A stretch of DNA of 63,323 bases, filler included, from Olpidium bornovanus S191 (taxonomy: Eukaryota > Fungi > Olpidiomycota), in assembly GCA_017911155.1 (NCBI GenBank). It is 30 parts of 30 records of this genome, joined end to end, with 100 filler letters (N's around TTAATTAATTAA, not from the genome) between each part and the next. Parts side by side here need not be neighbours in the genome. Positions count along the whole stretch, not along the records: positions 19,808 to 23,750 come from JAEFCI010008323.1; positions 23,851 to 25,935 come from JAEFCI010003120.1; positions 26,036 to 28,421 come from JAEFCI010000507.1; positions 28,522 to 29,767 come from JAEFCI010009413.1; positions 29,868 to 33,076 come from JAEFCI010008937.1; positions 33,177 to 34,847 come from JAEFCI010012364.1; 24 more parts are not named here. One strand, written 5' to 3'. Both the position numbers and the translations under genes were made by a program. Shown here piece by piece: positions 22,953 to 34,275 of the stretch. The notes under the pieces are model-generated. The model saw only the letters and a program-made list of their open reading frames with translations, was not told the origin of the DNA and did not search any database. Position 1 is the first letter of the stretch; each line of letters opens with the position of its first letter.

Positions 22953-25900
22953 CATGGATCCCTTACCGCACGGAATTCAGAGTTTTCTTTCTTTCTTTTT
23001 TTTTTTTTTGCCTCCCCGGAATTTTCGTAATTTCTTTTCGTTTAGAGAGGTTTTTCTTTTTCTGTTTTGTTTTTTCAAGAGCAAGGGGGGAAGGCAGTAA
23101 AAAAAACAACCCCCCCCCCCCCCCCTCCACGCTTAACATCCAGGAAAACTCTGAAACACCTTGTCATCAACAATGTGTAACGTTAAAAGTTCGCTTTCCG
23201 TAAAACTCAAGCGATTCACGAATAAACCGGCGTGCTCAGTTTATCAACGAGTTTCGATTCCCTTTCTGTGCTCCTTATCGCACGCCCGGCCACGCGCCCC
23301 CCTTGACAATCAGCCGGATTTCGGCCGCCGGTATACGTTTTTATTGTTTTCAATTGAGTTCCTGTCGTGTTAGCGTTCCTCGTTTCCGCGCGTGACGCGC
23401 TCGCCCGCCTGATGCAGGAGGACAGGCAAGAATCTCGACGAGCTATGTATGCCGCGTTCGAAAATTTTCAGGCTGGGCCCGTGATCGGCGCGCCGAGACC
23501 CCCGGTGGGGCTCGTCTTTTCTTTTCTTTTTTTTTTTTTTTTTTTTGGGGTCCGGGGAGGGGGGGAGGTCCCGCGACCAAACAAAACCTCCTACGAGTAC
23601 ATCGCCTGCCAGAAGGAGAGGCACGGCGTCATGAATGCTATCCCGGCCCTGGTGACTATGGCGTTTCGAAATGAGAAGATGAGTTTTCCAAAAGGCCGGT
23701 CGAAACGTGAGTCGTAGCACGTCCAAGGGAACCTGGGTTGGCCAGAGGAGNNNNNNNNNNNNNNNNNNNNNNNNNNNNNNNNNNNNNNNNNNNNTTAATT
23801 AATTAANNNNNNNNNNNNNNNNNNNNNNNNNNNNNNNNNNNNNNNNNNNNCATGAATACGCCAGTCGTCGGTAACGTAGTAGCTGCACGACGGCTAATTC
23901 CTTTTCTTCCTTATAGTTATGCGCCCGTACGCAATACAGAAAAAAGTGTGTGTAAGTGTGTGTGTGTGTGTGTGATGATCCGTTGCGGTCGTCGGGCGGC
24001 GATTTGCCGACGGGGGTGGGAAATGTAAAACCCAGGAAAAACCAGCGTAATGAAGGGTTTGATAACACTTTCTCAATGCCCCTCTGTTGGCAATGGATCT
24101 GGCTGGCGGGTGTTCAGTAGCACGGCGAGGGCGGGCAGCGCCGTCGTCAAAGTAGGCCCGCGAAGAAGGCTTGTTATATTGCTGCAGATTTTATAGTTCT
24201 GTCTGGCGTCAGCGGGAAAGAGGAAAGGAAAAAGAAAAAGTATAAGCGCTTAACGCTTTTTTGGGGAGGGTGGGGGGAAGAGCTGGGCCAACGAATTCTA
24301 TATAATAGATGGTATCAATAATCATACTTGTATTATTTAACTTAGCAAAAGTAAATTGCTCAGAACTCTGCTGGGTGATGATTTTCTTCCCATTCAATCA
24401 GTTAAAGTTCCTGCGTTAATGTAAGATGTTTTGGCACAAAATTTTACCACCTATTTGGCCGCTCCTTAGATCTGGCGCCGCAATATTGCGACAAGATCGC
24501 AAGCGGACAGGCATTGTGCCGGCATCTGAGGCGGCATTGTGCGATCCGTTATATAGAATATTCTTTAAAAAGAGTCCTGATTCATTTAAATCAGATGTGT
24601 GGCATTGCAAATAAAGCACGACATCGTCGCCTTTACTTCCAGAATGACGCCTAAGCTGTTTCTAGTCGCTTTGCCGGCAAACAGGAACACCCTTAGGGCC
24701 GGTACACAGAACACCCTATCAGCAAAAGTTGAAGCCGGGCCCCTCTCGTTTCTTTGGTCTCAAAAATCGCACCCGGCTTCTGTGCGGGGCTGTCACGCGA
24801 CCTTTAGTCATTTTGCCAAAAGCGCACGGAAACATGTAAAACCGAAAACGACGGAGAGAACGACAGAGAGAGAGTGAGAGAACTCCTGGGATGTCGGTGA
24901 CAATAGACGGAGGTTGAGAAGTTCGGCCTCGGCCGAGATCAATGCCGCAAGAGAAAGTTCATTTAGCGAAACGGCCAATAGGACCTCGCTTCCTCCCCCC
25001 TCTTTTTCCCTCTTGGTTTCTTCGCCGCCACAACCGCGAGAGGAAAGGAGAAAGAAGAGGGTGAGGTGGGGGGGGGGGCGCTTACCCCGGCGCGATCGAT
25101 CGTTCCGAGCGGAGGAGGGACGGGGGGCGCCGACCGCCCTTTTTTCCCAGGAGACGTCGGGTGTTGTCGCGGCGCGTCTTCTTTTTCTGTCTTCGACAGG
25201 GGAAAAAAACGACCTCACGGTTCCGTTTCCTTCCGCGTTTGTCGTCGTCAGCGTCCGCGTTTGTCGTCGAGGCGGAGGGGGAAGAGCAGGGGAGGGGGGG
25301 AGGGGAACCCGCCCGTTCGTTCGAGGCGGAGACCCGGTGGACGCGTGAGAAAAAAAGAGGAGCAGAAAGGGAGAGAGAGAGAGACAGAGAGAGAGAGAGA
25401 GAAAGGGGAACGTCCGTGGGCCCCCAGCGCCCGCACCCGGACACAAAATACCCGCAGACGGCTGACGACGAATAGGCGGGCGAAGGGGAAAGTCGAAGAG
25501 CAACCCGAGCCGACGTGGCAGTGCTGCGAGAGGGGTGGTGAACAGACCACAAGGTGCAGGGGCCCTCGTGGGAAGCAGGGAGATAGAATAAAGTGACGGT
25601 ATAGCCACTTAAATCGAGTACACTCTGGTCCTCAATACTAGTAAATCAGCATTATTACAATGCACATGCAGCCAAATTATTGCATGTTAAGAAGGCAGCT
25701 TTCGAAGAGGACAGTGCCAGGCATTTGAATTAGTGCCTCTAGCGAATCTCGTGAATTCTTTTCCGGCCGCGGAGCGGCGGCGAGGCGGCGCGCTGGATGA
25801 GGGGGGCCCCGCGCGGGGGGAAGAGGGGGGCACGCGGGGTGAGGGGGCCGGTGCCGAGGCTGCATGAATTAATTTTCTTCACCAGTTCGCCCCTGATCAA

Positions 25901-26035
25901 CCAATCACCGCGCCAGACGCGTCTCCATTCCGGAANNNNNNNNNNNNNNNNNNNNNNNNNNNNNNNNNNNNNNNNNNNNTTAATTAATTAANNNNNNNNN
26001 NNNNNNNNNNNNNNNNNNNNNNNNNNNNNNNNNNN

Positions 26036-27848
26036 CATGACGGCAGCGGCAATGTTTCCGCCACTGTAAAATACGTGCAATGCGGAAGACGGTTACAGGG
26101 GTGGCAAAAAAGAAATAACTCGCCTGTAGCCGTCAAAGTCACGGCTGCGTTTGCGGCGTTTTCACGACCGCCGCTAAATACTCACGCAGAATCGCCGACG
26201 AGAATGATCTTCAGTTTCCTTTCCGGACCTAACCTGACCCCAATGCATTCCCCGTTCGTGTCGATGATGGTCCGGTACGCGTCAAAGCACTCCTCGATAG
26301 CCCACGGGTACGGGAACTCGGGCGCTTTTCCGTAGTTGATAGACAGAACCGGGCAGCGGGTCTGTGTCGCCCAGAAGGAAAGGTAGTCGTCGTGGCAGGC
26401 AGGCGACATGGGAACGAAACCGCCGCCGGGGAAATCTAAGACGAGTTCGTCGCAGTGTTCGAGCTCCTGCTCGCTGCCGCAATAGTAAAGATAGGCCTCT
26501 ATGGGTTCGGAAGCGTGCGGCTTGTAGGCCGGCCGTGGGATGTAAAACTGCTTCCGAGTCCCCAGCCGCTTCCGCACCAGGAGGCTTGTCAGGAAATACA
26601 GGTACGGATTCAGGGACTTTTCCCACGACGCTCGCATGTGTGGTACTGTGATGAGCGAGCGGATTTTGCGAACCTGACACAGGAGATAGCGTCAAAAAAA
26701 GGAAAAGGAAAAGAAAAACCGTCAAGCGGACCTTGAGATCAGGCCATCCGAGGGCGTCAGCAGCGACACTGCCGTCCCTACCTTCTCCTCCGCCTGGTCC
26801 GCAAATATTGCATAGTACAGTGTAAATACCAACGCGAAGATGTCTCTGAGAAACTTGGGCTTGATCGGAAGCGCAGTCCAAAATCCGGCGTCCAGGGCTG
26901 TGAGGATCCATGTTGCGCGATAATAATTTCGGCTATACAGCCTTGCAAGCGGCTCCGGGGCTGTAACGACACAAACCGAGATGTAGCGTTTGGTGAAGCG
27001 GACGTCGAGCCACGGTCGTATCCTGCCCCCCACCCACACCTCCACCTCAACGAGGCGCAAAAGCGTACCGTTCAGGCCTAGAAGTAGAAATGCGTTCCTA
27101 AAGAGGTACGTGACCGTCAGGGTTCCGCAGAGGATCTGCCAGGGGGTATATTTTTCTGGCGAGGGAGGAAGTTACGAACGAGTCCGATTTAAAAAAAAAA
27201 AAACGAAGAAGAAGAAGAAAAAAAAAACCTTTGAACGGAGCGAACCCCCCTGCCATCGCCACGGAATAAATTTTCCTGGCGAAAGAGGAAATTGCAGGCG
27301 AGTCGGGATTTTTTTTTTTGAAAAAAAAAAAGAAAGAAGAAAAAAAAAGAAAGAAAAAAAAAATAGAAAAAAGAAGAAAAAAAGAAAGAAGAAAAAAAAA
27401 GCGAAACCCCTCGCGAACACCCCCTGCCAGGTCAAAGATCAAAAAAAAAAACCCCACGTAATTTTGCGTTCCATTTGCGAAAATATCTTGGGCCCGCGGC
27501 CGGCTGCTTCTTCAGGTACAACAACCTGGACGCCCCAAAGCAGGACGGGAGCGATTTCGCGAAAAGTGCAGAATTCGGAAACGGCGAGGCGTCAGACCGC
27601 TCGCCTAGGAAAAGGGGGGTGGTGGGGAGGGGAGTGGCAGCGTGTGTAAAAACGGATTGAAACTGCGGGACCGCAGGTTCCCGGATGCGGCACGAAAACC
27701 CCCGGGAAGGAAGACCACCCCGATCCTCCCACCATCTCCCCTCGCCCCCCGCCACCGTCGTGCGAAATGCTCACGAAAATAACGCGACCAGGATGACCTG
27801 TGTCCGCTTCCAGTTGCTGGAGGGCTTCCCTAAGATGTGGTCGATCAT
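26036..27848 (-). CDS. Hormone-sensitive-lipase-family alpha/beta hydrolase (fungal type), 3' truncated
   Basis: MIDHILGKPSSNWKRTQV start; YTPWQI; RATWILTALDAGFWTA; DFPGGGFV oxyanion loop; SINYGKAPEFPYPWAIEECFDAY; spliced nucleophile motif GDS|AGG. Confidence 0.9.
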
Positions 27849-28142
27849 CGGCGGAACGAATCCTTCAGACCGGTAAAACGGAGGTGCGCGAAGGGTAATC
27901 TAGCGCCGGTAAGATCAGTTCGTCGACAGACGAGGCGTGTCGATGGACGGAAGGCCCGGTACCCACGGTCGCCGCGCCCGGGGAGGATGGCCCACGGCTT
28001 TCCCTCCTCCACCTTCCCTTCCTCCCGCGCCCTCCTTCCGCTGTCCACCGGCCGGGGAGTTCGGGGGAAACTCTTTTAACGCGTGTCCATGGGGAGGAAG
28101 CGGAGGGACGGTGTTGGGCCCGGTTCGTTCGGAGGTGGGGAA

Positions 28143-28190
<48 letters not shown>
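28143..28190 (+). repeat. (GGGGTC)8 hexamer microsatellite
   Basis: Eight perfect copies about 300 bp upstream of the lipase ATG. Confidence 0.97.
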
Positions 28191-28195
<5 letters not shown>

Positions 28196-28521
28196 TTGGG
28201 GGCGGGGGGGCGGGCGCGGGACGGTCTCACTTTCCCGGAAAGAGAAAAAAAGGCCGCACCGGCGCCAAGCCGCAGCCGCGCTGCTGTTTGGGGTTTTTGA
28301 GGGGAAAAGGGGGGGGGGAAAACGACGGCGAGCTTACCGGGGAAGAAGGGGGGGGCCAACAACGCCGTGGGCGGGGAGAGGGGAGGGGAGCGGGTGGTGG
28401 TTGTCGCGGGTCTCCGCTCTCNNNNNNNNNNNNNNNNNNNNNNNNNNNNNNNNNNNNNNNNNNNNTTAATTAATTAANNNNNNNNNNNNNNNNNNNNNNN
28501 NNNNNNNNNNNNNNNNNNNNN

Positions 28522-28949
28522 AGCGCGGTGGGGAGCGCGACGGGCGCGCGGCGATGGCGGCGGCGGAGCGCGGCGGCGGCTGCGGCGTAGTGCGCAGCGG
28601 CGGAGAGCGGCGAAATGCGCAGCGGCGGGGAGCGCGGCGGGGAGCGCGGCGGGGAGCGCGGCGGACGCGCGGCGATGGCGACGGCAGCGGCGGCGGGTGC
28701 GCAGCGGTGACGGGAGCGCGGGGCGCGGCGGCGACGGCGAAGCGCAGCAATGGCGGCGAAGCGCGGGGCCCGGGATGCGGCCGCGGCGGGCGCGCAGCAG
28801 CGGCGGCAGTGATGGACGGCGGAGATGGCTGCGCGGTCAGCGGAGCCTTGGGCTCACAACCCGTTGGTTTTGTGTTGTTATTGTGTATTTTCGCCGTGTG
28901 GTAGTGGAAGGGAGGAGTGGCTTCCGGGAGCTATTCTATGTGTGTGACA
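28522..28949 (-). mobile_element. Candidate LTR/PBS junction with CCG-rich leader (copia-like)
   Basis: Minus strand reads TGTCACAC...(88 bp)...AACCAACG, then GGTTGTGAGCCC (28861-28850; resembles the GGTTATGAGCCC start of fungal copia internal regions), then about 320 bp of CCG-rich low complexity. Confidence 0.3.
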
Positions 28950-30213
28950 TGTGATACTTTGACGGGGCCTCTCCCATAACCCTCCTCATCACGAACTCCT
29001 TCGGAAACTGCCTGTCCACCTGAAAATGTTGATTAGTCCTGCATTTCTTATAAAATTGTAACTCACTATTCAACAGCTCCATCAACGTACTCAGCCAGCT
29101 TTTGAAATCGTTGACCCTATCTCTTCAGAGTCAAGATCCGAAGGCCAGGTCCACTAGCCTGCAGCAGATAGCCGCAAGGTCCTCAACTTTCCCGTTAGGG
29201 AATTCCTCCCTGATAACGGGGGATGGCCCCTTTCCTGCTTTCTCCAGGTCCTGGAGACGGCCGGCAACGGACCTAGCATTCTTGATCCAATTTGGCCAGA
29301 CCTTCATGCTGTCCAGGTCCTTGCCAGCCGCCTCCTTCTCCACCCTCTCTTTCTCCGTTTCCGTTTCCCGGAACAAGTCCCTGCAGCTTTTTTCCGAGGC
29401 CTTGCCCCTGTACTGCTGAAGCCTGCGGCCTCCTCCAACGTAGGAGAGCCAGCAGGCCCCGAACACCTTGCAAGTTTTGCCGTTCCCCTGAGCATTTTCC
29501 GAGTGACCTGACCTGGTATTTTATAGTGGTTTCAGAATGGGGGCCGTTCAAGCAAAACATAACTGGGCTTAGGATAAGCACGGAAAAGGAAAAAACCTTA
29601 TTTTATTCTTCTTTCTATTGGCCCCCCTCTGAGGGGCTGTGAGGGGCATGGCGCATCCGTCGTATGAAGATTCCCTCACCAAAGCGCAAGAGATTGCCTT
29701 GGAGAAGGACATCCGGCCGCGCTCGAAGAAGGAAGCTACGCCCGCTGCACGTAAGGCCGACGGTGAANNNNNNNNNNNNNNNNNNNNNNNNNNNNNNNNN
29801 NNNNNNNNNNNTTAATTAATTAANNNNNNNNNNNNNNNNNNNNNNNNNNNNNNNNNNNNNNNNNNNNCATGCTCTTCCTCACTACCACTCTTTTGTCACG
29901 ACTGTGGAACGAGACCCACCTCCGGCCCACGTCACCTGTCACCAGTGCAGGAACCGGACCATAGCCTTACGCAAGAGAAAGACGAAGGCTGCGCACGCCC
30001 AAGTGCACCAGACGCCTGGCGCCGCGGCCTTCAACATTGCCGCGGCGACGACAACCCAGAACTGCGCCGCGAGAGAAGCTGAACATAGAACCGCTCACCG
30101 AGTATGGATAGAATCTGCTGCAGAACTTGAGTTTGGGCTGTTGGCCTACTGCGCTCTCGAGCCGCGGGCGGAGGATGGGGGGGGATTGAAGGCGTGAGAA
30201 AGGTCCGGGCAGA

Positions 30214-30221
30214 TCACGTGA
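30214..30221. promoter_or_regulatory. Palindromic TCACGTGA E-box (Cbf1-type), about 110 bp upstream of the La-like gene
   Basis: Lies inside the perfect 12-bp palindrome GATCACGTGATC. Function is inferred only. Confidence 0.35.
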
Positions 30222-30332
30222 TCGCAATGAATCCCGAAAAAGGGGGGTTGTAACCCTCCCCAACTACCTCAAGACACACCCCGAAAACCCAACGGCCCCC
30301 GCCGCGCCCGCCGGCCAGACCCGCCCGGAACG

Positions 30333-32475
30333 ATGGTGAAGGACCAGGTCCGCACCCTGCTCGAGTTTTACGTCGGAAACGACAACCAGCGGTCGTTGCA
30401 GGCGTCCGACGGCATCGAGTGGAAGAAACCGGACAACGACCGCGATTCATTATGTGAGTCGTCCGTCCGGCGGAGACGGAGGGCCATCCGACGTCGGCGG
30501 AAAGCGCAGCAGGGGCGCTCGCGACGCGGCGTACTTACGGGTGGCGATCCCTTGCGCGGGTTCCCCCCCCCCCGTGGGCAAGCCGCTAAAACGTTGCACT
30601 CTTTTGTCCTTTTGAAATGCCATTTGCGACGTGCTATCGGTGTCCCTTCGCTCCTCCGCCTTCCGCGTTCCGGGTTTCCGACGCATGTCCGACACATGTA
30701 TCATACGACCAGGGTTCAGCGTTCAGAGTGTCGCGGCTTTGTCCAGAATCGCCAAGCTGACAAAGGATCCGGACCTTGTCATCGAAGCAATACTGGAGTC
30801 GGAAGTTTTGCAGTTGAGTGACGACAAGATATGGTTTAGGGCAACGTCCCGACGCAATTACCTGTCCGACAGGACCATATACGCCGTACGTTTCCCCGTG
30901 TGCTTTGGGGGGGTTTTTAAACCTCGCGACTTTCCCCCGCGAACAAAGTGTGCCTTTTGAACCTCTCACGCCGGAATCACAAAAAAAAACCTTGCAGGCC
31001 GGCATTCCTGTTCCAGTCGAGCAGCCGGAACTCGAGGCGTTCTTTGGTCAGTTCGAGGGCCTCGAGGCCATAACGCTTCGCCTCCCCCGCGGTGCGGAAA
31101 TCGATCGCGGAGCTGCCGTGCTGGCCACCTACGATACCCCGGAAGCCGCGACGAAAGTCCTGGCGCGGCGTCCACTGATATTCAACGGCGTCCACCTCAC
31201 CGTTTCATTGCGTAAGCCGAGGGACACGGAGAACAGGGTGCACCAAAACCAAAATTTGTCGCTTTACGTCGCCGGGTTCCCGCGCGCGGCAACGAGCGAC
31301 GACATATCTTGCTATTTCGAGAACTATGGCGACGTCAAAAGCATCAGGTGCCTCAATCTTCATCCTAATAAGGTTGGGATTCAAAACGGAGGTTTTCCTT
31401 TTTTTTTGTTCTTCGTCGGCGTAACCAGCATTTTGTTCTGCAGACAAAAGGGCGCGCTGCAGTGCTTTAATTTGTCGGCTTTTATTTACTTATTACTTTT
31501 GCACAGCCTCTTGCTGCGTTCGTCGAGTTCACCTGCGAGGATGACGTCCGGCGGGTTGCGTCAATCGACCACGTGTACGCCTCATGTAGGCTTACCCTTC
31601 AGTCGCGCGACCCCTCAATAAACGCTCTCATTGCGAACCCCCACCCGAAAGAGCGACAGAACACCTATAGCGCGAACGCGAGGGGCGGCAAAGGCGGAAA
31701 CCGTTTGAAACGGCCGCACAGCCAAGAAAGGCCCGGCAAGCCGTCCGCTTCCTTCCCGCAAGAGCTGAACACCGTCGTCCACTTCAGCGGCGCGGCCTTT
31801 TTGGGCGTGACGAACCAGGATATCAAGGAAGCTTTCCAGCAGTTCGCACCGGTTCGCAATGTCGACTTCCGCAGGGATGAGACGTCGGGTCATGTTGTGC
31901 TGCACCAGCCAAACGCTGCGAACTTCGTCACCCGCGTTCGGGAGGCGCGGCTTCGAATTGGCGGGGACCCGGTGCACGTGAGAACGCTCGAACGTAAGTA
32001 AATCTTTTTCTTTTGGCAGCCCTCTTCCCGACGGGGAAGAAAAAAGAGAGGGGGTGGAGGATGGGGGAGAACTCGAGGTTTGAGCTCTGTGTGGCCGATG
32101 GCAACGGTGTTGATACTAGCTGGCATTGCGCTTCCGTGATGCTTTTTGGCATTCCACGCAGCTGAGGAGGAAAAGGCCTACCTGCAATGCGCGAAGGTAA
32201 TTGCAAAGAAGCCGAGGCTCCCACACGGGCTTTCGTCCGCCGAGCAGGCGAAAACGGCCAAGAACAAGTACAACAAGAAGAAGGCGCAAAAGCAGCGGAA
32301 CGCGGCCGCGCGGGTCGCCAATTCGCGATCGGCTGCGGTGGAGGCGTTGATAGACGGCCTCAGCTCCCAGCTGGAGCACGTCGGGCGCCGAGAAGAAGAC
32401 TCCGCGGCCGCGGCCGCTGCTGCCGAGCCGTATCTTGACGAAGACATTCTGATGGGATGGGATGATTTTGATTGA
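30333..32475 (+). CDS. La-related protein: degenerate La motif + RRM + RRM + xRRM-like (489 aa; LARP7/Pof8/La-like)
   Basis: Exons 30333-30453, 30713-30885, 30998-31372, 31507-31993 and 32162-32475 splice in frame (1470 nt): LLEFYVG.DN ... L|WFSVQSVAALSRIAKLTKD..LVIEAILESEVLQLSDDK; RTIYA|AGIP; LYVAGFP...AFVEF; VRNVDFRRDETSGHV...TLE|PEEEKAY. Confidence 0.82.
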
Positions 32476-33183
32476 TTATGGTTTGGATAACCGGCGCGCG
32501 GGCGCGGGGTCAGGGTGAAACTTTGTAGTAGCGGAGGAAAAAATATCACGGGTAAATTGCTTCCCACAAGTGAGACGAACTTCAAAAGGCCGACAGACAA
32601 TACCGCGTCATTCCCGGTGGAGAAAGCGCGTGCGTACCAGCGTTCCGTTTGATGCGGACGAATTTATTACGCGAGTTCGGGAGGGGGGAAGAGTGGTGAG
32701 CGTGGGGCTAAGGCGTGTTTGGCACCGTTCGCGTGCTTGGTTCCCCGGATGGGAAGGTCAACTGTTCACAACCGCGCGTCTTTGCGTTTTTTTCCCTTTC
32801 TTTTTTTTGGGTGTGTGTGTGTGTGGGGGGGGGCGGGGTGGTTGTCAACAGTCCGCGCCATCCAACTGTTGATAACCGCGCACCCTCTCAAAAAAAAAAC
32901 GGGGAAAATTTATAATATAATATATATATTATTAATTACCTTTTGGTTAGTGTAGACATGTAATTGCAGTACCCAAAAAGACGCGTCTTTTTCTCGTCTT
33001 TTTGCGTTTCTTTGAATTTGTTTTTTTTTGCCGTGCGAAGTTTAACGTGAACCCTTTGGCCCCCCATCCCGCCGGANNNNNNNNNNNNNNNNNNNNNNNN
33101 NNNNNNNNNNNNNNNNNNNNTTAATTAATTAANNNNNNNNNNNNNNNNNNNNNNNNNNNNNNNNNNNNNNNNNNNNAACCACC

Positions 33184-33262
<79 letters not shown>

Positions 33263-33381
33263 TTCTCCCCCCCCGGGAAAAAAAAAAAAAAAAAAGAAGA
33301 AAAAAAAAAAACTGCCCGCGGCGCGGGGGTGCGGCCTTGAACGGAACGTTGCACGCCGGGCTGAAGTTCCCCTCCCTTGCC

Positions 33382-34275
33382 ATGGTAAGCGGGGCCCCTC
33401 TTCTATTTTGAGAAACAGGGAGAGCGAGAGAGAGAGCGTGGCAAGCCCCGCTCCGCCCTTGCGCCTTCACCAGTTCTGCCTTTTTTCTGGCTCCACGAGG
33501 TGAAATGGTGGAGCCCGCACACCGACATGCCGGTACTCGGAGGAAAAAAAAAAGAAAAAACGCAACTTTCGCACACCAACCACCCACCCGCGCTCGCTCA
33601 CTCTCTTTATCGTTATAGGACCGTGCCAACCTGAACTCTCAGCTGGAACACCGTGAGTGTTTCTGACCGCCTGCGCCGCGCACACGCACACACACTCGCG
33701 CATTCGGCCCATTCCAGTCTGCCGGGATGCCCGGGTTCCCGCATGTTTGTCTTTTTTTTCTCGCAAGGAGGGAGGAAAAGAGGCGGGGGGAAGGGAAGGG
33801 AGGGAGAGAAACACGAGCCTTCCGTGGCATGCCGATTCTTAAACCTCTCGCGATCTGTAACGTCTCGCCATGCGTTTTGGGGGGCGGGCGGGGCCTTTCC
33901 ACCAAATCCAGTTCAGTCGAAGTACGTCGGAACGGGCCACGCCGACACCGTCAAATACGAGTGGCTGGTCAACCAGCACCGCGACTCGATCGCCTCCTAT
34001 CTCGGACATCACCACCTGCTGACCCATTTCGCGATCGCGGAGAACGAGGCCATGGCCTGCGTGCGATTCGAGTTGCTGGAGGTAAAAAAAAAAAAAAAAG
34101 AGTCGGTGGCTTTTGGCGGTTGTGCAGAGCAGCTGCGAAAAAAAAAGTGAGAAACTTTCGGGGGTCCGCGTCGCGGGCGCGACGAAAGCTGACCAAAAAG
34201 AAAACCGACTTCGAACAACTGCGCGTTCAGAAAATGCTCGCCCCGTGCGGACCGCCGCCGAAACGAGACGATTAG
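33382..34275 (+). CDS. SF3B5: Splicing factor 3B subunit 5 (83 aa, 4 exons; exon 1 is the ATG only)
   Basis: Exons 33382-33384, 33619-33652, 33912-34081 and 34231-34275 give MDRANLNSQLEHLQSKYVGTGHADTVKYEWLVNQHRDSIASYLGH...ENE...RFELLEKMLAPCGPPP. Confidence 0.97.

Noticed and set aside
23851-25935. Possible multi-exon gene on the minus strand
   Set aside because: There are short open segments with splice-like ends, but no recognisable motif and no consistent model.
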